Shown piece after piece: positions 1-10,700 of a DNA stretch of 64,000 nucleotides. Positions within the stretch are counted from its first letter, which is position 1, and the number at the start of each line of letters is the position of its first letter. The notes under the pieces are model-generated. The model saw only the letters and a list, made by a program, of their open reading frames with translations, was not told the origin of the DNA and searched no databases. Source of the stretch: Opitutia bacterium (GTDB taxonomy: Bacteria > Verrucomicrobiota > Verrucomicrobiia > Opitutales > Opitutaceae). The translations under genes and the position numbers were made by a program. The DNA lies in the NCBI GenBank assembly GCA_947478395.1, contig CANJVR010000002.1, positions 768,001-832,000 on the forward strand, read 5' to 3'.

Positions 1-354
<354 letters not shown>

Positions 355-470
355 TGGATCGCCGCTTCCGCACGAGTCACTAGACGGGCCGCGGACGGCG
401 CATCGCCTTCTGACTGATTTAAACCCAAAATACTGCCAAAGTAATCTCTTCCATCCACCGAACTCGCTTT

Positions 471-2861
471 ATGATCCTTCAATCCCACCGCCGCGTCGGC
501 GTTCGCTCCGTTTCCGGTGGGCGCGGTTTCGGCCTGACGCTATATTTACTGCTGGCAGCCGTCCTGGCGTCTCCAATCTACACCTACGCAGCGGATGAGT
601 TGAAACTTTGGTATCGCCAGCCCGCCGCTCAATGGGTGGAGGCGCTGCCGGTCGGCAACGGGCGACTGGGTGGCATGGTTTTTGGCGGCATTGAGCAGGA
701 GCGGATTCAGCTCAACGAAGACACGCTCTGGGCGGGCGGTCCTTACAATCCGGCCAACCCAGAGGCCAAGGCGGCCCTACCCGAAATCCGCCGTCTGATC
801 GCTGCCGGTGAAACGCAGGCCGCGCAAAATCTCGTGCAGGCGAAATTCATGGCGCGTCCGCTCACGCAGGTGCCTTACCAAACCCTCGGCGATTTGTTGA
901 TCACGATGGCCGGCGGCGATGCGGTGCGCTCCTACCGGCGCGAACTCGATCTCGACTCGGCCGTCGCGCGCACCGAATTTCAAATCGGCGCCGGGCGCCA
1001 CGTGCGCGAGGTTTTCGCCTCGGCGCCCGATCAAGTCATCGTGGTCCAGCTCTCCGGGAGCCGGCTCTCCCTCACCCTCGCGCTCCAATCGCCGCAACGC
1101 TCTGCGATCCGCGTCGAAGATGGCAACACCCTCGTCATGTCCGGGATCAACGGTGACATAAACGGGATCAAGGGCGCTTTGAAATTTGAAACCCGCGCCG
1201 CCGTGACGACGACCGGCGGACAGATCGTCGCCGACGCCGGCCAAATTCACATTTCGGGCGCCTCCACGGTTACGATCGTGATCGCCGCGGCAACCAGCTT
1301 TCGTCGGTACGATGATGTCAGCGGCGACCCCGCCGCACTGACGACGCAAGCGCTGGCCGCGGTGAAAAATAAAAGCTACGCGGAGCTGCGTGAACGCGCC
1401 GTGGCCGCGCACCAGCAGATGTTTCGCCGCGTCGCGCTCGACCTCGGCCACAATGAGACCGCCGAGAAACTCCCGACCGACGAACGCGTGCGCCAGTCCC
1501 AAACGACCGAAGATCCGGCCCTCGCTGCGCTGTATTTTCAGTATGGTCGCTACCTGCTCGTCAGTTCTTCGCGCCCCGGCACGCAGCCCGCAAATTTGCA
1601 GGGCATCTGGAACGACAGCCTGAATCCACCGTGGGGCAGCAAATACACGATCAACATCAACACGGAGATGAATTATTGGCCGGCCGAGAGCACCAACCTC
1701 GCCGAATCTGCCGAGCCGCTGCTCGATTTGGTCAAGGACCTTTCTGAAACCGGCGCCCGTCTCGCCCGGGAGCACTACGGCGTGGACCGCGGCTGGGTGA
1801 CGCATCACAACACCGACCTCTGGCGCGCCTCCGGCCCAATCGATGGGGCGCAATTTGGCACGTGGCCCACCGGCGGAGCCTGGCTCTCGGTTCATCTTTG
1901 GCAGCATTTTCTCTACACCGGCGATCGGGCGTGGCTCGCGCGCGCTTATCCCCTGATGAAAGGAGCCGCCGAATTTTTTCTCCAGGCGCTCGTTGAGGAA
2001 AAATCGCATGGCTGGCTGGTGACCAGCCCCTCGATGTCGCCGGAAAACAATCATCATCGCGGCGTCGCGGTCACGCAGGGACCGACGATGGACAACGCGA
2101 TCCTCCGCGACTTATTCGATGCTTGTATCGCTTCCGCGCGTATCCTCGGTATCGATGCGGACTTCGCCGCACAGGCCCGCACGGTGCGCGACCGCCTGCC
2201 GCCTTATCAAATCGGGGCGCAGGGCCAGTTGCAGGAGTGGCTGGAGGACTGGGATGCCGGCGCTCCGGAGCAGCGTCACCGCCACGTTTCCCACCTTTAC
2301 GGATTCTTTCCAAGCAACCAGATCACGCTCCGCGGCACGCCGCAGCTCTCCGCCGCCGTGAAAAACACGCTCGAGACGCGCGGCGATCTTTCCACGGGCT
2401 GGGCGATCGCGTGGCGGCTGAACCTCTGGGCGCGGATGCAGGACGCCGAGCGCACGCACAAAATTCTCCTGGGTTTGCTCAGCCCGCAACGCACTTATCC
2501 GAATCTCTTCGACGCGCACCCACCCTTCCAGATCGACGGCAACTTCGGGGGCACCGCCGCGATCGCCGAGATGCTGCTGCAGTCGCACATGCCGCTTTCG
2601 CCCGAACGCTTGCAGCCTTCTGGCGCGCCAGCCTTCGAACTCGAACTCCTGCCGACTCTCCCCAAAGCGTGGTCGACGGGCAGCGTGACGGGCCTGCGGG
2701 CGCGCGGCGGCTTCGCGGTCGATCTCGCGTGGCACGATGGACGTCTCACGACCGCGACGATCCGCTCGCCATCCGGCGGCAGTACACGTCTGCGTTATGG
2801 CAACGCGACGCGCGAGATCGCTCTCGGCGCGGGCGAAACCATCACTTGGGACGGACGTTAA
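471..2861 (+). CDS. GH95 alpha-L-fucosidase/alpha-L-galactosidase, secreted
   Basis: Motifs [65 protein letters not shown]; signal-like N-terminus. Confidence 0.93.
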   Translation: MILQSHRRVGVRSVSGGRGFGLTLYLLLAAVLASPIYTYAADELKLWYRQPAAQWVEALPVGNGRLGGMVFGGIEQERIQLNEDTLWAGGPYNPANPEAKAALPEIRRLIAAGETQAAQNLVQAKFMARPLTQVPYQTLGDLLITMAGGDAVRSYRRELDLDSAVARTEFQIGAGRHVREVFASAPDQVIVVQLSGSRLSLTLALQSPQRSAIRVEDGNTLVMSGINGDINGIKGALKFETRAAVTTTGGQIVADAGQIHISGASTVTIVIAAATSFRRYDDVSGDPAALTTQALAAVKNKSYAELRERAVAAHQQMFRRVALDLGHNETAEKLPTDERVRQSQTTEDPALAALYFQYGRYLLVSSSRPGTQPANLQGIWNDSLNPPWGSKYTININTEMNYWPAESTNLAESAEPLLDLVKDLSETGARLAREHYGVDRGWVTHHNTDLWRASGPIDGAQFGTWPTGGAWLSVHLWQHFLYTGDRAWLARAYPLMKGAAEFFLQALVEEKSHGWLVTSPSMSPENNHHRGVAVTQGPTMDNAILRDLFDACIASARILGIDADFAAQARTVRDRLPPYQIGAQGQLQEWLEDWDAGAPEQRHRHVSHLYGFFPSNQITLRGTPQLSAAVKNTLETRGDLSTGWAIAWRLNLWARMQDAERTHKILLGLLSPQRTYPNLFDAHPPFQIDGNFGGTAAIAEMLLQSHMPLSPERLQPSGAPAFELELLPTLPKAWSTGSVTGLRARGGFAVDLAWHDGRLTTATIRSPSGGSTRLRYGNATREIALGAGETITWDGR

Positions 2862-2871
2862 TTATTCCACG

Positions 2872-4998
2872 GTGACGAAATCCGGATTCTCTCTCGCTGC
2901 GGTTTTGTTTCTGCCCGGCTTCGGCGCCGGCTTGAGCCCAACGCCGGCCTCGGCCGCCGATCGCAGCGCAGCGGTCGCCACGCGCCATTGGACGGCCGAC
3001 AACGGGAACGGCACCTACTCCAATCCACTCTTCCACGAGGAATTCGAGGATCCCGACGTGATTCGGGTCGGCGACGACTACTATCTCGCCGGTACGACCA
3101 TGCACATGATGCCCGCCGTGCAGCTGATGCATTCGAAGGACCTGGTGAATTGGGAGCTGGCTGGCTACTGCGCCGACCAGCTCGACCTCGGCCCGAACTA
3201 TCGCCTCGAAAACGGCAACATCTACGGTCGCGGCATTTGGGCCCCGTGCCTCCGCTATCACAACGGGACATTCTATGTTTTCACCAACGTCAACGGCGCC
3301 GGTCTCCAAGTTTTCCAGTCCAAATCGATCAAGGGCCCGTGGGAACATCATCAGCTGCCTGGCCGGCACGACTTGTCCGTGCTCTTCGACGACGACGGAA
3401 AAATCTACATCATCTCGGGCAACAACGCGCCCTACCCAATCGAAGAACTGACGCCGGACCTGCAGGGTTTCGTCCCAAACGTAAAGCACCCGCTCATCGT
3501 CCCGACCGGCTCCCGGATGGGCGAAGGCCATCACCTCTACAAAATCAAAGGCAAATACGTCGACGTCTCCGCGATCCCCGGCGGCGCCGTAAATCAGATG
3601 GTCGCTATTGCCGATTCGATCGACGGCCCGTGGACGGTCACAACGATGGTCGAGGGCGAGTCGCTCGGCGTGCCCAGTGGGACACCCGCTCGCGCCGCTC
3701 CCGACAACCGCGGACTGTGGCTCCATCAAGGAGGCATGGTGGACACGCCGGCCGGTGAATGGTGGAGCATCATCATGTCGGATCACGGCAGCGCCGGCCG
3801 CATGGTGTCACTCGTGCCGGTCACATGGGACAACGGCTTTCCCCTGATCGGCCTTCCCGGCAATCTCCGCCGCGCGCCAAACACCTGGCTCAAACCCAAT
3901 ACCGGCGTGAAGCAAAATCCCGCGCCAGCCTTCGTGCACGACGACAATTTCAATGCGGGCAAACTCAACCTCGAGTGGCAGTGGAACCACGCTCCCGACG
4001 ACACGAAATGGTCGCTCGCGGAAAAGCCGGGCGCGCTCCGTCTCCATTCACTCCCAGCCCCGAGTTTTTACCTCGCGCGCAATACAATCTGCCAGCGACC
4101 ACCCGGGCCCGAGTCCATCATGACGGTCGAACTCGACACCGCCGGCATGATCGCCGGCGATACCGCCGGACTAGGACTGTTGAGCACGCCGTACGCCTGG
4201 ATCGGCGTCGTGAAATCGATCAACGGCACTACGCTGCAAATGGTCCAAGGCACCACCGGCGGAGGGCGACGCGGCGGTCCACCGGCGCCTCCGACCGTCA
4301 CGGCCACCGACGGTCCATCGAACCCGCCGAAGCATCTTTGGCTGCGCGCGGAATGTAATTTCGACACCGATCAGACGGTTTTCAGTTGGAGCGCAGACGG
4401 CCGCGAGTTCGCGAAGTTGGGCGCGCCGTTCACGACGACCTTTCAACTGACAACATTCCAAGGCGTGCGTCCGGCGCTGTTCCACTTCAACACGACAGGG
4501 CAGCCGGGCGGCTACGTCGATTTCGACAACTACAGCGTCGATGAACCTCGCGCTCGCCGCCTCGAGCGCGAGATTCCCGCGGACGAAATCGTCGCGTTTT
4601 CGAGCGGTGCCGACGGCAGCTTCCTCGCGGCCAACTCTGATAACAGCGAGCTGTTCAACGTCACCGCCGAGGCCGCGGGTCCGGTCCCGGCGAATGCGAA
4701 ATTTCGGGTGATCGATCTGGGTCTGGGCCGCGTGGCACTCCAGGCGGCAAACGGATATTTCGTTTCGGTGCTCGGAGAGCAAACGGTCCTCAAAGACCTC
4801 CGCTCCGCCAAGCCCGGCGAGGCCGAATCGTTTCAATGGGTTAACCTCCTGCGCGGCGACACCCTGCTCATGTCACTCACGAATCACCGATATCTCGCGA
4901 CGAAGCCAAACACTCCTGGCCGCGTAACCGTCACCTCGCTTGGCGCCAGCCCGGCGCGGAAAAGCGGGGCGGAGTTCAAATGGAAAATCGTCGAATAA
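2872..4998 (+). CDS. GH43 beta-xylosidase/arabinofuranosidase with C-terminal beta-sandwich and fascin-like domain, secreted
   Basis: NPL..EDPDVIRVGDDYY, WAP, EG and HQGG motifs; WQWNH beta-sandwich; fascin-like C-terminal repeats. In-frame GTG at 2872 precedes a signal peptide (start inferred). Confidence 0.85.
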   Translation: MTKSGFSLAAVLFLPGFGAGLSPTPASAADRSAAVATRHWTADNGNGTYSNPLFHEEFEDPDVIRVGDDYYLAGTTMHMMPAVQLMHSKDLVNWELAGYCADQLDLGPNYRLENGNIYGRGIWAPCLRYHNGTFYVFTNVNGAGLQVFQSKSIKGPWEHHQLPGRHDLSVLFDDDGKIYIISGNNAPYPIEELTPDLQGFVPNVKHPLIVPTGSRMGEGHHLYKIKGKYVDVSAIPGGAVNQMVAIADSIDGPWTVTTMVEGESLGVPSGTPARAAPDNRGLWLHQGGMVDTPAGEWWSIIMSDHGSAGRMVSLVPVTWDNGFPLIGLPGNLRRAPNTWLKPNTGVKQNPAPAFVHDDNFNAGKLNLEWQWNHAPDDTKWSLAEKPGALRLHSLPAPSFYLARNTICQRPPGPESIMTVELDTAGMIAGDTAGLGLLSTPYAWIGVVKSINGTTLQMVQGTTGGGRRGGPPAPPTVTATDGPSNPPKHLWLRAECNFDTDQTVFSWSADGREFAKLGAPFTTTFQLTTFQGVRPALFHFNTTGQPGGYVDFDNYSVDEPRARRLEREIPADEIVAFSSGADGSFLAANSDNSELFNVTAEAAGPVPANAKFRVIDLGLGRVALQAANGYFVSVLGEQTVLKDLRSAKPGEAESFQWVNLLRGDTLLMSLTNHRYLATKPNTPGRVTVTSLGASPARKSGAEFKWKIVE

Positions 4999-5030
4999 AC
5001 GGCAACCGCGTTCACCCTAAAAAACCCCCC

Positions 5031-6236
5031 ATGTCTAATCCTGCAAAAATCTTGGTGCTCCTCGCCGTCGCTCTGACCGGCCTTGCGGCGCTTCCCGCTC
5101 GAATCCTTGCCCAACCCGCCGCCGCGCCCGCCAGCTCGGCTTCACCTGCGGCGGCCGCTCCAACGGCCGCGCCAACTACGACTCCGCCCGCCACACCGGC
5201 GGCGCGCCGCGGCCCGCCGCCCGTCGATCTCGGACCGCTGCCGGACGTTCACGCGGCCGTTCCGAACACGCTACCCGGCCTGCTCGGCAAGCCTTTGAAA
5301 TGGGTGTCGACCGCTCCGTTGGTCGTCCCGGTCAATGATGGGACGCACACCCTCGAGTCCATCAAAGATCCGACGATCGCGTTCATCGACGGCAAGTGGG
5401 AAATCTACGCGACTGCGCACATGACGAGTCCGACGTCGAAGAACACCTTCAACATGGTCCATCTCAGTTTCGCCGATTGGAAGGACGCGCCGAAGGCTCC
5501 GCTGTTCTACATGGACAACAATCCCAACTTCACCGGCTACAAGTGCGCGCCGGAGCTGTTTTATTTCCCGCCGCAGAAGAAATGGTATTTCACGTTTCAG
5601 ACGCAGCCGCCGGTGTTCTGCACCAGCGCCACGCCCGGCGATCCCAACTCCTGGACAAAGCCAGAACCGTTCTTCGCTCCGGGCACGCCGATGCCGCGGC
5701 TGCCGATCGACTATCATTTCATCGGGGACGGACAACACATGTATATGTTCTTCACGGGCGACGACGGTAATTTTTATCGGAGCCGGACCACCTACGCCGA
5801 ATTTCCCAAAGGTTTTAGCCAGCCGGTCGTCGCGATGCGCGGGACGCGAAACACCGTTTTCGAAGCCAGCTTCACCTACAAGATCAAGGGCACCGAAAAA
5901 TATCTGACGTTGGTCGAGGCCCTCGGAGCGGGCCGCTATTATCGCGCCTACGTCGCGGACAAACTCGATGGCGAGTGGTTTCCGGTCGAAGGTTTCGACA
6001 CGCCGGAAAACCCATTCGCGGGCAAAGCGAATATCGCTTTCGAACCGGGCGTAGCGCCATGGTCGGGCCAAGTCAGTCACGGCGAGCTGGTCCGCGAAAC
6101 GAACGACGAGCGGATGATGCTCGACCCGAACAATCTGATGTTCCTGTACCAGGGAATCGGCGACGCCGAGAACAAAGGCGATTACGGCGCGCTGCCCTAC
6201 AAGCTGGGTCTACTTCGCGCGGTGCGGGGCAATTAA
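5031..6236 (+). CDS. GH62 alpha-L-arabinofuranosidase, secreted
   Basis: SIKDPT, APELFYF..QKKWY, VFEAS..YK, LVEA, RYYRAY, SHGELVR and LPYKLGLL are characteristic of GH62; signal peptide and Pro/Ala linker. Confidence 0.88.
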   Translation: MSNPAKILVLLAVALTGLAALPARILAQPAAAPASSASPAAAAPTAAPTTTPPATPAARRGPPPVDLGPLPDVHAAVPNTLPGLLGKPLKWVSTAPLVVPVNDGTHTLESIKDPTIAFIDGKWEIYATAHMTSPTSKNTFNMVHLSFADWKDAPKAPLFYMDNNPNFTGYKCAPELFYFPPQKKWYFTFQTQPPVFCTSATPGDPNSWTKPEPFFAPGTPMPRLPIDYHFIGDGQHMYMFFTGDDGNFYRSRTTYAEFPKGFSQPVVAMRGTRNTVFEASFTYKIKGTEKYLTLVEALGAGRYYRAYVADKLDGEWFPVEGFDTPENPFAGKANIAFEPGVAPWSGQVSHGELVRETNDERMMLDPNNLMFLYQGIGDAENKGDYGALPYKLGLLRAVRGN

Positions 6237-6263
6237 TTTCGCGCGAACCGTCTTTTACGCTCC

Positions 6264-7436
6264 ATGAAAGTAATCAAGTTGTCCGCGTTGCTCACCGCCG
6301 TTGCGGCATGGGTTGGAATTGGAAATGCCGCTGAGCCGGGGCCATCGACTTCGGTGCGGCCAAAGTCCGGCACAGAAATCGTGACTCGTTTGGAAAAGCC
6401 GACGAGGGCTGGCAAACTCGACGAGCGAGACATGGCGGGCTACCTGCTCGTCTATTTCAAAGACGAGACGCACTCCGCCTACTTCGCGATCAGCCGCGAC
6501 GGTTATTCGTTTACCGATATCAACGGCGGCCAGCCGGTTTTAAACGGCGCCGACATCGCCGAGCAGAAGGGCGTGCGCGACCCGCACATCGCGCGCGGGC
6601 CCGATGGCGCGTTTTATCTGAGCATGACGGATCTGCACGTGAACGGTCAGCGCGCCGGCGTCCGCACCACCCCGTGGGAGCGACCTGAGCCGCAATACGG
6701 CTGGGGCAACAACCGCGCTCTTGTGCTGATGAAGTCCTTCGACCTCGTCCACTGGACGCATGCCGATTTCCGGATCGACCAGGCCTTTCCGGAGTTCGCC
6801 GAGGTCGGCTGCATCTGGGCACCGCAGACGATCTTTGACGAGGCCAAGGGGAAAATGATGATCTACTTTACCGCGAAGATCGGTCGCGGCGTCGACGACC
6901 TTTACTCCGCCTACACCGACGATGCGTTCACCAAGATCGAGACCAAGCCCGAGCGTTACTTCCATTTTCCATACCCGGACGGCCCGCTCTCCGACGACGT
7001 ACGCAATAAGCACCACGTGATCGACGGCGACATCACGAAAGTGGGCGACAAGTTCCACCTGTTCTATTCCTCGAAGGAAAACGGCACGCCCGGCATCGAG
7101 CATGCGGTTTCCGACAAGATCAACGCGGGCTACCCGATCGTGCAGAAGCGCGTCGATCCCGAGACGTTCGCGTGCGAAGCGCCCAACGTTTTCAAGCGGA
7201 TCGGCACTGACACCTACGTGTTGATGTATGACGCCTACGGCGCGCCCGGCGGCGGCAACATGGGCTTCGCCGAGACGACCGATTTCGTCACATTCAAGAA
7301 CATCGGCCTCTTCAACGCCGGCGCCATGAAAGGCACCAACTTCAACCGCCCGAAACACGGCGCGGTCATGCATCTCACCCTCGATGAATTGAAGTCCGTC
7401 GCCGCACACTGGGGCGTCGACTTCCAATCGAAATGA
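6264..7436 (+). CDS. GH43-like five-bladed beta-propeller glycosidase, secreted
   Basis: GYLLVYF, AISRDG, GVRDPHI, MTDL, WAP, IDGDI, EAP and KHG motifs; signal peptide. Confidence 0.75.
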   Translation: MKVIKLSALLTAVAAWVGIGNAAEPGPSTSVRPKSGTEIVTRLEKPTRAGKLDERDMAGYLLVYFKDETHSAYFAISRDGYSFTDINGGQPVLNGADIAEQKGVRDPHIARGPDGAFYLSMTDLHVNGQRAGVRTTPWERPEPQYGWGNNRALVLMKSFDLVHWTHADFRIDQAFPEFAEVGCIWAPQTIFDEAKGKMMIYFTAKIGRGVDDLYSAYTDDAFTKIETKPERYFHFPYPDGPLSDDVRNKHHVIDGDITKVGDKFHLFYSSKENGTPGIEHAVSDKINAGYPIVQKRVDPETFACEAPNVFKRIGTDTYVLMYDAYGAPGGGNMGFAETTDFVTFKNIGLFNAGAMKGTNFNRPKHGAVMHLTLDELKSVAAHWGVDFQSK

Positions 7437-7496
7437 TGTCGCCGTCTGTTTTTTGTTAACCCGCACCTGCTCCACCCCAACCGCTCCCACCCTATT

Positions 7497-8906
7497 ATGT
7501 CCCGCCCCTCCCCATCTGATGGCCTGAAAACTTCTGAATACATCGGCTACGCCCTCGGCGACACCGCTTCGAATTTCTTTTTCCAGACGTTTAATATTTT
7601 CCTCACCTACTACTACGTCGATGTATGGGGCATAGCAGCGACGACGTTGCTTTGGTTATTCCCAGTGGTGCGGGCTTTCGGTGCTTTCGATGACGTGATC
7701 ATGGGACTGATCGCTGATCGCACCAACACACGGTGGGGGAAATTCAGACCTTATCTTTTATTTGGCGCCATCCCCTACGGCATCTGCGGCTACCTGATGT
7801 TTGCCGGTCCGAGTTTGAGCGCCAACGGGAAGGTCATCTACGCCTTTGTTACTTACGCGCTGATGCTCATCAGCTACACGGTGATCAACGTGCCCTACTC
7901 CGCCATGCTCGGAGTGATCAGCCCTTCGCCCCGCACGCGCACGGTCGCGTCCACCTATCGTTTCGTCGGTGCCTTTGGAGCGGCATTCTTAATCTCTCTG
8001 CTGGTTCGCCCGATGGTAAAATACCTTGGGGCCGAGAGTGAAGTTCGCGGGTTTCAACTTACGATCGGGATCTTCGCCGTCCTCTCAATTGCACTGATCT
8101 TGATCACCTTCGCCACGACGAAGGAGCGGGTTACCCCACCGCCACAGCAGAAAACCAACGTGCGCGAGGAGCTGGGCGAACTGTTCAAAAACTGGCCGTG
8201 GGTCGTGCTCCTCATCACCTCGATCTTCTCCAACGCCTTTGCGGCGCTGCGCTCGGGCAGCACCATATTCTATTTCAAATATGTCCAGGGCTACGACTCC
8301 ACGCCGTACCTGTGGTGGCTGGACCGCACCACGGTGTTTCTGGCCAGCGGCGCCTTGGGCCTGGTGCTCGGGACGCTTTGCCTCGGCCCCATCGCCCGCA
8401 AAATCGACAAGAAATATTACGCCGCCACACTCAGCCTGGTCACCGGTTTGAGTTTCCTGGGTTTCTTCTTCGTGCCGAATGGGCAGTTCGGCCTGATGAT
8501 TGCCGTTAACATGCTCGCCCAGTTCTGCGCCGGGCCGACCTCGGCGCTGACGTGGGCGCTCTATGGCGACGTGGCCGACTACGGAGAACACAAGTACGGG
8601 CGTCGCTCCACCGGCCTGGTTTACTCGGCGTCACTCTTCTCCATCAAGACAGGCATCCTCATCGGCGGCTTTCTCGTTCCGCTGTTCTTGGATCGGTTTG
8701 GATACATCAAAGGCGCGGCAACCCAAACAGCCCACGCTCTCCTCGGCATCACCATCGCGTTTTCGCTCGGGCCTGCATTTTTCGCCCTGCTCAAATGTGT
8801 CGCGCTTATCATCTATCCCCTGAACCAGAAACGGGTGGATGAAATTGAGAAAGATCTCACCGCGCGCCGCGCCGCTTTGCCCCCGTCTGCGCCCACCTCA
8901 GCATGA
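7497..8906 (+). CDS. GPH-family MFS sugar/xyloside:cation symporter
   Basis: GYALGD, ADRTNTRWGKFRPY, NVPYSAM, TKER and DVADY motifs; about 12 hydrophobic segments. Confidence 0.92.
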   Translation: MSRPSPSDGLKTSEYIGYALGDTASNFFFQTFNIFLTYYYVDVWGIAATTLLWLFPVVRAFGAFDDVIMGLIADRTNTRWGKFRPYLLFGAIPYGICGYLMFAGPSLSANGKVIYAFVTYALMLISYTVINVPYSAMLGVISPSPRTRTVASTYRFVGAFGAAFLISLLVRPMVKYLGAESEVRGFQLTIGIFAVLSIALILITFATTKERVTPPPQQKTNVREELGELFKNWPWVVLLITSIFSNAFAALRSGSTIFYFKYVQGYDSTPYLWWLDRTTVFLASGALGLVLGTLCLGPIARKIDKKYYAATLSLVTGLSFLGFFFVPNGQFGLMIAVNMLAQFCAGPTSALTWALYGDVADYGEHKYGRRSTGLVYSASLFSIKTGILIGGFLVPLFLDRFGYIKGAATQTAHALLGITIAFSLGPAFFALLKCVALIIYPLNQKRVDEIEKDLTARRAALPPSAPTSA

Positions 8907-10540
8907 CCATCCACAATCCCATCCTCCCCGGTTTCAACCCCGACCCTTCAATCGTACGCGTCGGTGACGATTTTTACGTCGCGACCTCGACCTTCGAGTG
9001 GTTTCCCGGCGTGCAGATCCACCACTCACGCGATCTCGTCCACTGGCGGCTCCTTTCGCGCCCACTCACCCGCCCGAGCCAACTCAACATGCTCGGCGAC
9101 GCTGATTCATGCGGGGTCTGGGCACCGTGCCTCACCTACGCCGACGGACTCTTCTGGCTCATCTACACCGACGTGAAACGCTACGGCCGCACCACGGTCG
9201 GCGGCGCGAGCGGTGCTTCACTCCGTGACTTTCACAACTACCTCGTCACCTGCCCGACGATCGACGGCGAGTGGTCCGATCCCATTTATCTCAACAGCAG
9301 CGGTTTCGATCCCTCGCTGTTTCACGACAACAATGGGAAAAAATATCTGCTTAATCAGCTCTGGGATCACCGTCCCGGTAAAAATCGTTTCAACGGCATC
9401 GTTCTCCAGGAATACTCCGTCCCGGAACGCAAGCTGATCGGCGAACGGAAACACATTTTTGCCGGCACCGCCATCGGGCTCACGGAAGGCCCGCACGTGT
9501 ACCAGCGCGGCGGATATTATCACCTGCTCGTCGCCGAGGGCGGGACCAGCTGGGGCCACGCGGTCACGATGGCGCGTTCCCGCTCGCTGACGGGCCCGTA
9601 CGAATTACACCCCGACACTCACGTGCTCACGGCACGTCATCGTCCCGACGTCGAGCTTCAGCGCGCGGGCCACGCCGACCTCGTCGAAACGCAGCACGGC
9701 GAACCCTACATGGTCTTTCTTTGCGGCCGCCCATTGCGCAATCGCGGTCGCTGCACGCTCGGACGCGAAACCGCGATTCAGAAAATGCAATGGTGCGCCG
9801 ATGGCTGGCTCCGCACGGCCGACGGCACCGGACTCCCGTCCGTTGAAGTCACAGCTCCCACCCTGCCGGCCTATCCATTTCCCGCCGAACTTACGCGCAT
9901 GGATTTCGACACGCCGCAGTTGCCGATTCACTTCCAGTGGCTCCGCTCGCCGCATCCTCAGGAAATTTTTTCACTCACCGCGCGCCCCGGGCACCTCCGG
10001 CTCATCGGTCGGGAAACGATCGGAAGTCAGTTCAAGCAATCGCTCGTCGCGCGCCGCCAACAAGCGCACTGCTACAGTGCGTCCACGATGATCGAGTTCG
10101 AGCCGCAACACTATCAGCAGTGCGCCGGTCTCGTGTGCTACTACAACAGCGCCAAGTTTCACTACCTTTACCTTTCGCACGACGAGGCCATCGGAAAACA
10201 CCTGCGCGTGATGACCTGCACCCCCGATTCACCGCAGACGGATTCGTTTACGGCTCCAATCGCAATTCCCGCCGGTGTCCGCGTGGAACTTCGCGCCGAA
10301 ACCGATCACGAGCGACTGCTGTTCGCCTATCGGGTCGAGGGCCGCGACGCCGCCTGGCAATGGCTACCACAACAATTCGATGCGAGCATTCTATCCGATG
10401 AGGCCACCGCGCCCGGCCAGCCTAATTTCACGGGCACGTTTGTCGGGGTAGCTTGCCAGGACATGTCCGGCACAGCCTTTCACGCCGACTTCGACTGGTT
10501 CGAATATCGCGAGCGGGATTTCCTGCCGACGGTTGTCTAG
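8903..10540 (+). CDS. GH43 beta-xylosidase (XynB/YagH-like), cytoplasmic
   Basis: NPILPGFNPDPSI, TSTFEWFPG, GFDPSLF, TEGPH, AEGGT and LGRET; no signal peptide; ATGA overlap with the MFS gene. Confidence 0.92.
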   Translation: MTIHNPILPGFNPDPSIVRVGDDFYVATSTFEWFPGVQIHHSRDLVHWRLLSRPLTRPSQLNMLGDADSCGVWAPCLTYADGLFWLIYTDVKRYGRTTVGGASGASLRDFHNYLVTCPTIDGEWSDPIYLNSSGFDPSLFHDNNGKKYLLNQLWDHRPGKNRFNGIVLQEYSVPERKLIGERKHIFAGTAIGLTEGPHVYQRGGYYHLLVAEGGTSWGHAVTMARSRSLTGPYELHPDTHVLTARHRPDVELQRAGHADLVETQHGEPYMVFLCGRPLRNRGRCTLGRETAIQKMQWCADGWLRTADGTGLPSVEVTAPTLPAYPFPAELTRMDFDTPQLPIHFQWLRSPHPQEIFSLTARPGHLRLIGRETIGSQFKQSLVARRQQAHCYSASTMIEFEPQHYQQCAGLVCYYNSAKFHYLYLSHDEAIGKHLRVMTCTPDSPQTDSFTAPIAIPAGVRVELRAETDHERLLFAYRVEGRDAAWQWLPQQFDASILSDEATAPGQPNFTGTFVGVACQDMSGTAFHADFDWFEYRERDFLPTVV

Positions 10541-10572
10541 CGATTAATGTTTTCCGTGGCCGTTTCGCGAAG

Positions 10573-10640
10573 GCGGCAGGCGTCTCTGCCTGCCGCCCTT
10601 CGGCGTTCTCGATTCGGCAGGCAGGGACGCCTGCCGCTAC
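10573..10640. repeat. REP-like inverted repeat doublet (GTAG-type), copy 1
   Basis: Arms gcggcaggcgtctctgcctgccg (10573-10595) and cggcaggcagggacgcctgccgc (10615-10637) followed by tac; lies between convergent genes. Confidence 0.75.
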
Positions 10641-10700
10641 ATCATTAACGGCTGCGCTTTGGGTTAAGCTGCGCGAGGCGTCGGGACCCGCACCGATTCG

